Source: a virus. Taken from it: a DNA stretch of 38,123 bases. Shown in pieces: positions 5,039-12,207 of the stretch; positions within the stretch are counted from its first letter, which is position 1; the number at the start of each line of letters is the position of its first letter. Location of the stretch: IMG/VR virus record IMGVR_UViG_3300043036_000143; one strand, written 5' to 3'. The notes under the pieces were generated by a model. That model was not told the DNA's origin. It saw only the letters and a list, made by a program, of their open reading frames with translations, and ran no database searches. The position numbers were made by a program, and so were the translations under genes.

Positions 5039-5841
5039 AAAACGCAACTATTGAATACAACTTGGGCAGAGCGTATTACTCACGTTCCGCATCGCCGACG
5101 AACCTGTCAGCACCTGTCAGCAAATCACTATTATGGGATTTCAACCAATCACCCTACAAATGGCGACACAGCACAGGCAAAGAGTCGACCCGCGCGATGG
5201 ATTTAGGAACGCTGATTCATGCCGCGATCCTAGAACCAAACATTCCGCTTGATGTAATCGCAGCAGTATCGCCATTCTCCGACTTTCGCACTAAAGCCGC
5301 GCAGGAGTGGAGAGACGATGCACGAGCAATGGGCAAGATGATTGCCACAGATGCCGACATTCGCGTTGCTGGAGGGTGTGAAGCGGTCTTTTCCGAAGAC
5401 TATGTGCAACGCTTTGCAGGTAGCTATAAATCCGAGGTGGCAGTTTTTGCCACTATCGGGGCAACTGAGATTAAAGGCATGATTGATCTCGTGCCTGACA
5501 ATCTTGATTTGCTGGTAGACCTCAAAACTACCGCGAAAATCGGGAGTCTTCGGAACATTACCAACACTATCATCGACCGAGGTTATCACTGGCAAGCTGC
5601 GTTATATCTCGATCTGTGGAACGCTGCCACAGAAGAGAAACGCAAACGCTTTGTGATATGCTTTATCGAGGTGGATGCACCGCATGAGTCGGCATGGGTG
5701 GAAGTCTCACCCGAACTGATTGAGGCAGGGCGCATCGGTTACATGAACGCACTTGCGAAATGGCAAGCGTGCTGTGCTACGGACACATGGCCGCGCCAGC
5801 ATGAGGGGATTACCACTATCGAGAAACCCGCATACCTATAA
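5035..5841 (+). CDS. PD-(D/E)xK (RecB/Cas4-like) recombination exonuclease
   Basis: Motifs DLGTLIHAAILEP, GMIDLV, DLKTT (D/ExK) and YHWQAALY (QxxxY) are present. It sits immediately downstream of erf. Confidence 0.75.
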   Translation: MKNATIEYNLGRAYYSRSASPTNLSAPVSKSLLWDFNQSPYKWRHSTGKESTRAMDLGTLIHAAILEPNIPLDVIAAVSPFSDFRTKAAQEWRDDARAMGKMIATDADIRVAGGCEAVFSEDYVQRFAGSYKSEVAVFATIGATEIKGMIDLVPDNLDLLVDLKTTAKIGSLRNITNTIIDRGYHWQAALYLDLWNAATEEKRKRFVICFIEVDAPHESAWVEVSPELIEAGRIGYMNALAKWQACCATDTWPRQHEGITTIEKPAYL

Positions 5842-5855
5842 ACCAAAAAGAGGGG

Positions 5856-5884
5856 GCGCGCATCTCATTCACGCGCTTTATATT
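5856..5884 (+). terminator. Weak hairpin plus T-rich tail (possible attenuator)
   Basis: GCGCG (5856-60) pairs with CGCGC (5872-76) across an 11-nt loop, followed by TTTATATT. Confidence 0.25.
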
Positions 5885-6112
5885 ATGAAGAAAAAATATG
5901 ATGCAGTCGCCACCGTGGGCAAATACACGAAGGACGGAATAGAGAAAAAGCGTTATTTGACCGTAGGAGCGGTCTTTGAGAGCGATGAGGGCAAACTTAC
6001 CCTAAAGCTGGAAGGAGTGCCTGTATCGCCCGATTGGAGCGGTTGGATCGCATTCTACGAGCCAAAGCTAGGTTACACTGGAACAACTGAGAACGACACA
6101 CCGCCATTCTGA
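5885..6112 (+). CDS. Small (75 aa) OB-like protein ending in an SSB-type tip (...ENDTPPF)
   Basis: ATG at 5885 within track ORF 5753..6112. The beta-rich sequence MKKKYDAVATVGKYTKDGIEKKRYLTVGAVFESDEGKLTLKLEGVP ends in an acidic/aromatic C-terminus, DTPPF. Confidence 0.6.
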   Translation: MKKKYDAVATVGKYTKDGIEKKRYLTVGAVFESDEGKLTLKLEGVPVSPDWSGWIAFYEPKLGYTGTTENDTPPF

Positions 6113-6369
6113 TGAGCATATTCGACGACACGCCGCTGGAGATCGGCACGCAATACTACGATAAGGAAATCATCGGGTGGAATCCTGACGAGAGAAAGTA
6201 TCTAGTCGCTTGCCCACGCTTTCGCATGAAGGAGCTTTGGCTCTCCAAGGAGAAGGTGGATGCTGAATATGGGAATAGTCTCATGGCAGGAGTTGAATGT
6301 CGTGAGTCGAAGCCAGGAAGCAGCTACAACACCCGATACTTCAGAAGTCGGGCAGATAGCCCAGAATGA
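6112..6369 (+). CDS. Hypothetical protein
   Basis: 85-aa ORF with a TGATG overlap onto the upstream gene. Confidence 0.65.
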   Translation: MSIFDDTPLEIGTQYYDKEIIGWNPDERKYLVACPRFRMKELWLSKEKVDAEYGNSLMAGVECRESKPGSSYNTRYFRSRADSPE

Positions 6370-6397
6370 AAAATATCCTTGCCACCTCCATCCAATC

Positions 6398-6610
6398 ATG
6401 CAAACTAACCATATGAAAACGCTAACGTATTCACCCGAAGAGGCAGAGAGAAACGGCTACAAGTCGATTACTACGCTTTACTTCTTCAACGATGAAGCGG
6501 ATATGAAATACCTCTCTGCTGTGTTGGCTGATATGGCAAATGTTAAACATTGCCTGATAAAAACGCTCCGAGGAGTGGAGGTGGCGAGGCTTAAGACCGA
6601 GATCCTATGA
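6398..6610 (+). CDS. Hypothetical protein
   Basis: Distal part of track ORF 6260..6610. ATG at 6398 (alternative 6413) lies after the preceding stop, and an ATGA overlap links it to the next gene. Confidence 0.55.
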   Translation: MQTNHMKTLTYSPEEAERNGYKSITTLYFFNDEADMKYLSAVLADMANVKHCLIKTLRGVEVARLKTEIL

Positions 6611-6810
6611 ACTTATTCCCAGAATTACCAGAAGAGAAATCACCCCGCCTAAAATGGATGAAAGCGAAGAATATCCACACGCTGAAAACCAAGGATGGCA
6701 GATGGGTAGCTTATAAAAGCGAGACACAGCACAATTTCACCCACGAGGATGAGATTGATGCTGTTGTCGGTCTTGCTAAGAAGCTAAAAATCAAACTCTG
6801 GAAAGAGTGA
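6607..6810 (+). CDS. Hypothetical protein
   Basis: 67-aa ORF, ATGA-coupled. Confidence 0.65.
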   Translation: MNLFPELPEEKSPRLKWMKAKNIHTLKTKDGRWVAYKSETQHNFTHEDEIDAVVGLAKKLKIKLWKE

Positions 6811-6838
6811 TTGACTCCGCGCCAGATTGTGTTAGTCT
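6811..6838 (+). promoter_or_regulatory. Possible internal promoter ahead of the 7006 gene
   Basis: TTGACT (6811-16), a 16-nt spacer, then TGtTAGTCT (extended -10). The hexamer is weak. Confidence 0.3.
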
Positions 6839-7005
6839 GCTCCCGACAGTGCTAAGTGCGCGACTCTTGCGAAGCGAACCAGACTTAGCCATTACGCTGA
6901 GGTGAGGCACGGCGCGAAGGACGCCGACATCGAATAGAAACTTTCCCGCAGTCGCCTCTACCGCCTTGTTCGGCTTTGGGGGCGCGGCACAACCAGAACG
7001 AAAAC

Positions 7006-7308
7006 ATGAATGCTAAAAAAGAACTGCTAGACCACATTGGAAACCGCGAAGTGAAATACGTCCGCGTCATCCTCGAACACTCATACGACAACAAGGAGAC
7101 GATTGAGGGCGCGCTTGACGAGGTGCTTCCGAAATTGGGCTTTGACTACGATAACGGCTACGGCGACCAATACATGGAGGGAACCATCTGGTATTCCGAT
7201 GGAACTTGGTCGGATCGCGGGGAGTATGACGGCTCCGAATGGTGGGAACACCGCGAGTGTCCTTCTCTGCCGAACACCCAGTCCATCCACCCCGAATCAA
7301 AGCCCTAA
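7006..7308 (+). CDS. Hypothetical protein (moron-like unit)
   Basis: ATG at 7006 (MNAKKELLDHIG...) within track ORF 6976..7308. It is preceded by a 195-nt spacer and followed by a strong terminator. Confidence 0.7.
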   Translation: MNAKKELLDHIGNREVKYVRVILEHSYDNKETIEGALDEVLPKLGFDYDNGYGDQYMEGTIWYSDGTWSDRGEYDGSEWWEHRECPSLPNTQSIHPESKP

Positions 7309-7336
7309 TATTATGCAAAACGAAAAGCAATCAGGT

Positions 7337-7370
7337 AACCCCGCTAGCACCCACTGGCGGGGTTTTTATT
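7337..7370 (+). terminator. Rho-independent terminator between convergent genes
   Basis: CCCCGC (7339-44) pairs with GCGGGG (7357-62), followed by TTTTTATTCTTTT. The site lies between the stops of 7006..7308 (+) and 7375..7581 (-). Confidence 0.8.
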
Positions 7371-7374
7371 CTTT

Positions 7375-7581
7375 TCATAGGGACAACTCTTTTTCAGCGC
7401 TGGCAATCACATCGTAAAGAGTTTCACCATCAAACTGCATCACGCCGTCAACCTCCCCAAGCATCACTGGTGAATCATTCCCTAGCATGAATCTCCAGGT
7501 GCCATCTTCCCACCGATAAAGGCAAAGCTCCTTATGCCCTGATTTATTTATGATTTCATTCAATCTGCTTTGTAGTGTCAT
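7375..7581 (-). CDS. Hypothetical protein
   Basis: 68-aa ORF, ATGA-coupled to 7578..7892. Confidence 0.65.
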   Translation of the reverse strand: MTLQSRLNEIINKSGHKELCLYRWEDGTWRFMLGNDSPVMLGEVDGVMQFDGETLYDVIASAEKELSL

Positions 7582-7892
7582 TTTGTTTCTTTCGTTGTTT
7601 GGTTGTTTTTAGTGTAATATGGTCGAACTTCTTTCTGCCATCGTCGTAAAAATGAATCCTCACCATCGTCACCACTAACGAGCCAATCGACCCGTTGAGC
7701 CATTTCAGCAGCTTGGCGTAAAGTATGCACTGTTTCTCTGAATTTTTCGATCACTTCAGGCGGGTAATTTCTCCCGCGAGTATCGCCCCATTCATTTTTT
7801 GACTCGTCATTGTTCGATTCAATTAATTCGTGAATATCCTTGGCAATGTCTTCAATTCTATATTGTTGGTATTGGAAATGTCCTCCGCTCAT
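7578..7892 (-). CDS. Hypothetical protein
   Basis: 104-aa ORF. It is the first gene of the short leftward module. Confidence 0.7.
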   Translation of the reverse strand: MSGGHFQYQQYRIEDIAKDIHELIESNNDESKNEWGDTRGRNYPPEVIEKFRETVHTLRQAAEMAQRVDWLVSGDDGEDSFLRRWQKEVRPYYTKNNQTTKETK

Positions 7893-8170
7893 ATCGTTCT
7901 TTCTTTCTTCTTTATTCTGTTCTTTTTATTTCTGTACACAATTAGTCTCATAACCTCCCTAGAGCACACACGATGAGAAACAATATCTACCATGCGCTTT
8001 TATGATCGGAATCAGCCCCTTAGGAGTCAACCTCCTGCCACCTCTGCTTAGTCTCATGGTGACAACACGCTGGCAGCTTTCCCGCTTCCCGTGCCTAGTG
8101 ATGAGTGTGGAAGATTCACGTCTTCTCGCGGTGTCCTTTGTTTTGGTCTGTCTTCAGAATCGAACAGGGG

Positions 8171-8210
8171 CAAATGAAAAGCCCGTTCAGGCTACTACCT
8201 CTGAACGGGC
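8171..8210 (-). terminator. Rho-independent terminator on the minus strand inside the long noncoding region
   Basis: A perfect 10-bp stem GCCCGTTCAG (8181-90) / CTGAACGGGC (8201-10) with a 10-nt loop. On the minus strand it is followed by TTTTCATTTG. Confidence 0.65.
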
Positions 8211-8436
8211 TTCGATGCTATTTGAACACACAGCAAGAAAGTCTTTTACGGCGGTAGTAGCGCACGAACGGGTGAAGAATACCGCAATGAGCGGAAAACG
8301 CAAGGATTATTTTTCAGGGGGTGAAAATATCCCCCAAGGTGCGCATCGTTGAGAGGCGTGAGGGATCTGCTGCCAGAATAGTATCAGAGAATCGGGTAAA
8401 TTCAAGCTTAGATATGGAGCAGGATCGGTATCATCG

Positions 8437-8464
8437 GACGTATGGCAGACGTATGGCAGACGTA
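8437..8464. repeat. 11-bp tandem repeat GACGTATGGCA, 2.6 copies
   Basis: Copies at 8437-8447 and 8448-8458, with a partial copy at 8459-8464. The repeat lies immediately upstream of the 18-nt box. Confidence 0.85.
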
Positions 8465-8469
8465 AATCC

Positions 8470-8487
8470 CTAACAAAATACACGCTG
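8470..8487 (+). promoter_or_regulatory. Conserved 18-nt box CTAACAAAATACACGCTG (copy 2)
   Basis: Identical to 670..687 at 17 of 18 positions. Confidence 0.4.
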
Positions 8488-8543
8488 GAGGCATTGATTT
8501 TCCAACAAAAACAAAAAAAGATGAAAAAAAGCGCAAAAAGGTA

Positions 8544-8572
8544 TTGACCTAGGTTATGAGCCGATGTAGAAA
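8544..8572 (+). promoter_or_regulatory. Candidate sigma70-type early promoter P2
   Basis: TTGACC (8544-49), a 17-nt spacer, then TAGAAA (8567-72), with an A-rich upstream tract. The ATG at 8582 is only 9 nt after the -10. Confidence 0.55.
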
Positions 8573-8581
8573 TCTCCCGCT

Positions 8582-8758
8582 ATGAACGAACACATCGCCA
8601 ACCTCACCGAGGCACAAGCCAAGATCATACTGGAATTCGCCATGCGGGAATGGCGCAACACCATATACACCCGAGATCTATATGGAGACTCCGCACGGCT
8701 TGGATTCCTCACTCAGAAAATCGAAATACTCGCCAAAGAAAATACAACACAACCATGA
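8582..8758 (+). CDS. Hypothetical protein (58 aa)
   Basis: Hand translation gives MNEHIANLTEAQAKIILEFAMREWRNTIYTRDLYGDSARLGFLTQKIEILAKENTTQP. It has an ATGA overlap with the next gene and is below the track cutoff. Confidence 0.55.
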   Translation: MNEHIANLTEAQAKIILEFAMREWRNTIYTRDLYGDSARLGFLTQKIEILAKENTTQP

Positions 8759-8958
8759 ACAATACAAAGGAACAAAGAGCGCAGAAACGCGCTATTATCG
8801 CCGCCTCAATTCATGAGCGCACCCACCGAGCCATCAGCGTCAAAATACCGATTGCGCTTGCTGACAAGCTTAAAGCTGAGGCAAAGGAAAACAACAAGAT
8901 TTTCACGGGCTATGTGCTGGAGAAGATCGAGCAAGGAATGGAGGCAAGCCGTGATTGA
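8755..8958 (+). CDS. Ribbon-helix-helix (CopG/Arc-like) DNA-binding protein
   Basis: ATG at 8755 within track ORF 8650..8958. RAISVKIPIALADKLKAEAKENNKIFTGYVLEKIEQ fits a strand-helix-helix pattern. Confidence 0.6.
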   Translation: MNNTKEQRAQKRAIIAASIHERTHRAISVKIPIALADKLKAEAKENNKIFTGYVLEKIEQGMEASRD

Positions 8959-9070
8959 CTTCGTAAAAGCTCATCCCTTTTTTACCGTGTTCTGCCTCAT
9001 CGTGGGTTTTTACATTGTGGCATTTACGCTCAGCCTAATTAACCCGCCGAAAGATGATTATGAAGACTAA
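8951..9070 (+). CDS. Small membrane protein (39 aa, GTG start)
   Basis: GGAGG (8940-44) lies 6 nt before the GTG at 8951. The product is VIDFVKAHPFFTVFCLIVGFYIVAFTLSLINPPKDDYED. Confidence 0.45.
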   Translation: MIDFVKAHPFFTVFCLIVGFYIVAFTLSLINPPKDDYED

Positions 9071-9143
9071 ATTCCTAGAAGCGTTTTACACGCTCGCAAC
9101 CGCACTCATGGCTGGACTAGTCGCCTGGGTGATTTTACCTTAA
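9054..9143 (+). CDS. Small hydrophobic peptide (29 aa)
   Basis: The product is MIMKTKFLEAFYTLATALMAGLVAWVILP. It fills the gap before 9157, and there is no other support. Confidence 0.3.
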   Translation: MIMKTKFLEAFYTLATALMAGLVAWVILP

Positions 9144-9156
9144 CCAAAATAAGAAA

Positions 9157-9549
9157 ATGAACACACAACTAAAAAAAGGCGACAAGTGCAACTCTCCGTG
9201 GGGAGTGGTGACGGTCAACAAAACGCTAAATGGCAGCGACATTATCACCATAGAAATTGACGGCGCAGAAGGAATTTACTGCATGGTGCATCGCGACGAG
9301 CTAACCCGCACCCCTAGCCACGCCGAGCGAATGCAAGCCATGCTGGACATTGCTTGGGACGTTGAAAACCGCTTGGAGGATGACGAAAACGTGCAGTTAA
9401 AAGTCGGAGAGTTTGTCGAGTTCGCGCGGCATTATTGCGCTATTGCCGACCAACTGGATGAATGTATCCAATGCTTCAAACTAAACGCAAAGACGCATCT
9501 GACTTTTGCCAAGGAAACAGAAAAGATACTGAAAGGAGAAGAGCTATGA
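9157..9549 (+). CDS. Hypothetical protein
   Basis: 130-aa ORF starting ATGAACACACAAC. Confidence 0.7.
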   Translation: MNTQLKKGDKCNSPWGVVTVNKTLNGSDIITIEIDGAEGIYCMVHRDELTRTPSHAERMQAMLDIAWDVENRLEDDENVQLKVGEFVEFARHYCAIADQLDECIQCFKLNAKTHLTFAKETEKILKGEEL

Positions 9550-9878
9550 GCGCAAAAATGAAAACATCGCCAACACAGTTATCCTTGGCGCACCTGCGCA
9601 AGACCTGTGACTTAGTGGAAGTCGTAGAGAAATGGAATAGTTTCGTCAAGATTCGCCAAGACCTATTCGGCATCATAGACATACTGGCATTGAGCGGCAC
9701 CGAGACAATAGCAGTGCAAAGCACCTCATGGAGTAATGTGAAGAGTCGTGTAGATAAGATGAGCGAGTCACCAAACATCTCAGCAATTCGTGCAGCAGGA
9801 TGGAAAATCCTCGTTCACGGATGGAAGAAGAACACAAAAACGAATAGATACGAACTGAAAGAAATAGACATATCATGA
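9546..9878 (+). CDS. PD-(D/E)xK-fold-like (Hjc/VRR-NUC-like) protein, assignment tentative
   Basis: ATG at 9546, with an AGGAG upstream and an ATGA overlap. DLFGIIDILAL...IAVQSTS resembles G..D..A...ExK, but with Q and T at the E and K positions. Confidence 0.6.
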   Translation: MSAKMKTSPTQLSLAHLRKTCDLVEVVEKWNSFVKIRQDLFGIIDILALSGTETIAVQSTSWSNVKSRVDKMSESPNISAIRAAGWKILVHGWKKNTKTNRYELKEIDIS

Positions 9879-10303
9879 GGAATACACAAATAACAGATGA
9901 GCTAGCAAGAGAATTTTTAGGAAAACGATTATCCAGCAGAGAGGCTGGTTCAGTTTGGAGCCTTTGCAGGGATTTAGAGCGCGAGCTTAACAAAGTGATA
10001 ACCTCGAAAGAAGCGAATGCAGGACTCATGCGTGCCTGCGATAACCTAGAACGCGAGCTTGCCGAAGTAAAGATAGACCGTGACGAATGGAAATCAGTGT
10101 CGGAAGGGCGACTGCTTGGCTCGATAGACAAAGTAGCAAAACTTGAACGCGAGCTTAACGAGGTGACCAAGCAACGCGATACGTTGGCTGAGGCGTTGGA
10201 GTTCTTAGAAAGAACTGCTGGTCAGTCTACATTGTGGGATGACCCAGCTAGGCACAATGCTAGAAAAGCCCTAGCAGCCATGAAAGGAGGCAGCGATGAA
10301 TGA
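9875..10303 (+). CDS. Coiled-coil protein (paralogue A)
   Basis: Contains repeated LERELxEV heptad-like segments. The C-terminal part, KQRDTLAEALEFL...ALAAMKGGSDE, is paralogous to the next gene. Confidence 0.7.
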   Translation: MRNTQITDELAREFLGKRLSSREAGSVWSLCRDLERELNKVITSKEANAGLMRACDNLERELAEVKIDRDEWKSVSEGRLLGSIDKVAKLERELNEVTKQRDTLAEALEFLERTAGQSTLWDDPARHNARKALAAMKGGSDE

Positions 10304-10565
10304 ATGTAACGACCCAGACCACAGCGCGATAAACGCTGAGAGACAAGAGACAATAGGCTTGCGTAGAGCGTGGATAGAACTTGACGATAAAAGACAATAC
10401 CTAGAGAAGCAATTGCGTGAAGTCACCAATCAGCGCGATGCGTTGGCTGATGCATTAAAATCTCTTTGCAGAGCAATTATAAGCGAGGAGACGATTGACA
10501 TTACAGATTTGTTTGAACAGTCACGAGCAGCCATTGCAGCTGTAGAAGGAGGGAGCCATGAATGA
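10296..10565 (+). CDS. Coiled-coil protein (paralogue B)
   Basis: NQRDALADALKSL...AIAAVEGGSHE. The nucleotide-level similarity to 10150-10303 is visible by eye. Confidence 0.7.
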   Translation: MNECNDPDHSAINAERQETIGLRRAWIELDDKRQYLEKQLREVTNQRDALADALKSLCRAIISEETIDITDLFEQSRAAIAAVEGGSHE

Positions 10566-10761
10566 ACGCGCCTTGGAACTAGCGACCGCGCTGGAGGCTG
10601 AGCTGCTGGCTCAATGCGACAAACTGGAGGCGACAATGCAGCGACCAGAGTTCGCATCGTTTCCAATCGACGAACGCGCCCAAATCGAGCGCAAACACGC
10701 AGAAATCAGTGGGTTATTGACTCAAGCGGATTTCATCAAGTATCAAATTTCGAGATTATGA
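10558..10761 (+). CDS. Hypothetical helical protein
   Basis: 67-aa ORF, with the same GGAGG-N-ATGAATGA junction as the previous gene. Confidence 0.65.
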   Translation: MNERALELATALEAELLAQCDKLEATMQRPEFASFPIDERAQIERKHAEISGLLTQADFIKYQISRL

Positions 10762-11234
10762 CACCAGAAAAACAACTATCGGAATCCCTGCTTGCTGCGT
10801 GCAAAGCGGCGGGGATTGAATCGCCCAGGTATATCGCGCAGAATGCGAACGGTAAAGTGATCCACCACAATGAGAGTCCAACGAGACAAGGGTGGACTCA
10901 CATTTGGGGGAATGGCGGATCTCCTAAGCGGTTAAACCACCCACCATACGCCGACGACTGGAAAGAGAGCTTGATGGAGTGGGTTGATCATATTGCTGAT
11001 GCTAGCAAAAAGATTAACAGATACACTGTCGAACCACACGGCAAAGGCTATGCCATCTACTTAGGACGTGACAACAAACACCACGGCGCGAACTTGGCGC
11101 ACCTTAGCGAGTGCTCTCCAGCGTTTGCTGATCAAGTTCAGGCGTTGCTAAATGGTAGCTACACGCCACAAGTAAATCAATCAAGCTTAGCTGACGCAAT
11201 GCTAGCAGCGAGAAAAGAGGGCGGCGATGACTAA
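10758..11234 (+). CDS. Hypothetical protein
   Basis: ATG at 10758 (ATGA overlap) within track ORF 10614..11234. The Arg-rich upstream extension overlaps the previous gene. Confidence 0.65.
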   Translation: MTPEKQLSESLLAACKAAGIESPRYIAQNANGKVIHHNESPTRQGWTHIWGNGGSPKRLNHPPYADDWKESLMEWVDHIADASKKINRYTVEPHGKGYAIYLGRDNKHHGANLAHLSECSPAFADQVQALLNGSYTPQVNQSSLADAMLAARKEGGDD

Positions 11235-11394
11235 CAAACAAAAGCAATCGCGAGTATCTCATCTTTTCCGCAAGCGCAGGAGCTTCTGGTGGGTATTGCT
11301 AGCCAATCGGAACCCCGCATGGGAGAGAGCCTACGAAGTATCGTGGGACGGTATGGCGCGACGACATAAACAAAAACAAATCAACAATCAATAA
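11227..11394 (+). CDS. Small basic protein (55 aa)
   Basis: Hand translation gives MTNKQKQSRVSHLFRKRRSFWWVLLANRNPAWERAYEVSWDGMARRHKQKQINNQ. It overlaps the upstream stop by 8 nt. Confidence 0.4.
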   Translation: MTNKQKQSRVSHLFRKRRSFWWVLLANRNPAWERAYEVSWDGMARRHKQKQINNQ

Positions 11395-11399
11395 AAAAC

Positions 11400-11756
11400 A
11401 TGAACGAACTAATCGACAAAACAAGACAATGGTTTCACGACAAGGGGATCATCGCGAACAGCAATCCGCTCAAACAATTAGAGAAAACACAGGAAGAGCT
11501 TACTGAGACGCGAGACGCTGCGGTCAAGTTGAAATACCTAGGCGCGATTGTGGAATTACAATCTGGCGTTGGTGTTGACGAATGTCTTGATCTTCTCAAC
11601 GAAATCAAAGACGGCATCGGCGACACAGTGGTCACACTCATCGGAGTCTGCGAAATGTATGGTTTTACACTTGAGGAATGTCTTCAGATGGCTTACGATA
11701 CAATCAGCAAGCGCAACGGCAAAATGATCGACGGCATTTTCGTGAAATCAAACTAA
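11400..11756 (+). CDS. mazG: MazG-like nucleoside triphosphate pyrophosphohydrolase
   Basis: LEKTQEELTETRDA, EIKDGIGDTVVTLIGVCEMYGF and AYDTISKRNGKMIDGIFVK follow the phage MazG pattern (EExxE ... E/DxxD). Confidence 0.75.
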   Translation: MNELIDKTRQWFHDKGIIANSNPLKQLEKTQEELTETRDAAVKLKYLGAIVELQSGVGVDECLDLLNEIKDGIGDTVVTLIGVCEMYGFTLEECLQMAYDTISKRNGKMIDGIFVKSN

Positions 11757-11775
11757 TCTCCAACTAATAAACAAC

Positions 11776-12105
11776 ATGCAAATACTAAAAGCAAACATCG
11801 GACTACAGAAAATCGAAGGCGTGAAAGTTTTCGACACAAAAACAGGCGAGAAATTCGTCGCAATCCCAGTAAAAGCAGCGAACATCTTTGTCTCTGACAA
11901 GGGTGGGATTTACCTGAATTGCGACATTCTTGAAAACAAGAAAGGCGAGGATCAGTATGGGAATACCCACATGATTACACTCGACATCGGCAAGGATCGA
12001 CGTAGCGCAGGTGAAAAAGGCGTAATCCTCGGCAACTGCAAAACGCTTACGATTGGTCAATCTCAGAAGTTGAAAGATGACCAAGAGGACGATATCCCCT
12101 TTTAG
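11776..12105 (+). CDS. Short SSB-like protein with canonical acidic tip (...DDQEDDIPF)
   Basis: A 109-aa beta-rich ORF whose last residues, DDIPF, match the conserved bacterial SSB C-terminal tip (DDDIPF in E. coli). Confidence 0.65.
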   Translation: MQILKANIGLQKIEGVKVFDTKTGEKFVAIPVKAANIFVSDKGGIYLNCDILENKKGEDQYGNTHMITLDIGKDRRSAGEKGVILGNCKTLTIGQSQKLKDDQEDDIPF

Positions 12106-12207
12106 ACACTTTACACACCTTCCTCGCCCAGCATTGGCTGACGCGAAGAAAACCCCCTGCCGCATCGTTCAGGCGCGGCGGGGCAACAACTCTCAAGAAC
12201 ACACAAT

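Noticed and set aside
6105-6135. CTGATGAG at the 6112 gene junction (also CTGATGA at 475 and CTGACGAG at 6185) as possible further hammerheads
   Set aside because: There is no stem II hairpin, no GAAA element and no stem III with a cleavage triplet downstream. The match is just the TGATG stop-start overlap or chance.
6811-7005. Possible tRNA or known riboswitch in the 195-nt GC-rich spacer (also checked 7893..8581)
   Set aside because: I could not build a cloverleaf or T-loop (GTTCGAATC-like) with matching arms, and I recognised no riboswitch consensus. Only generic hairpins were found.
7889-7951. 20-codon minus-strand mini-ORF (MRLIVYRNKKNRIKKKERTI) with a GGAGG and an ATGA overlap onto the 7892 gene
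   Set aside because: The GGAGG is only 2 nt from the ATG, which is too close for SD function, and the peptide is just translated A-rich spacer. It remains possible as a coupling leader but is not supported.
8002-8352. 116-aa plus-strand ORF in the long intergenic region
   Set aside because: It runs straight through the 10-bp terminator hairpin, has no RBS, CA leader or coupling, and has an atypical composition. I treated the region as noncoding. A profile search could overturn this.
9673-10170. 165-aa minus-strand ORF antisense to the coiled-coil genes
   Set aside because: It is the Ser/Arg-rich mirror translation of E/L/R-rich coiled-coil codons. It has no start context, and the sense-strand genes are well supported.
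10614-10757. Arg-rich N-terminal extension of ORF 10614..11234 (likewise 2232..2393, 4022..4093, 6260..6397, 8650..8754, 9462..9545 and 17346..17594)
   Set aside because: These extensions overlap the preceding gene in another frame. In each case an internal ATG sits exactly at an ATGA/TGATG junction or just after the upstream stop, so the shorter gene model was used.
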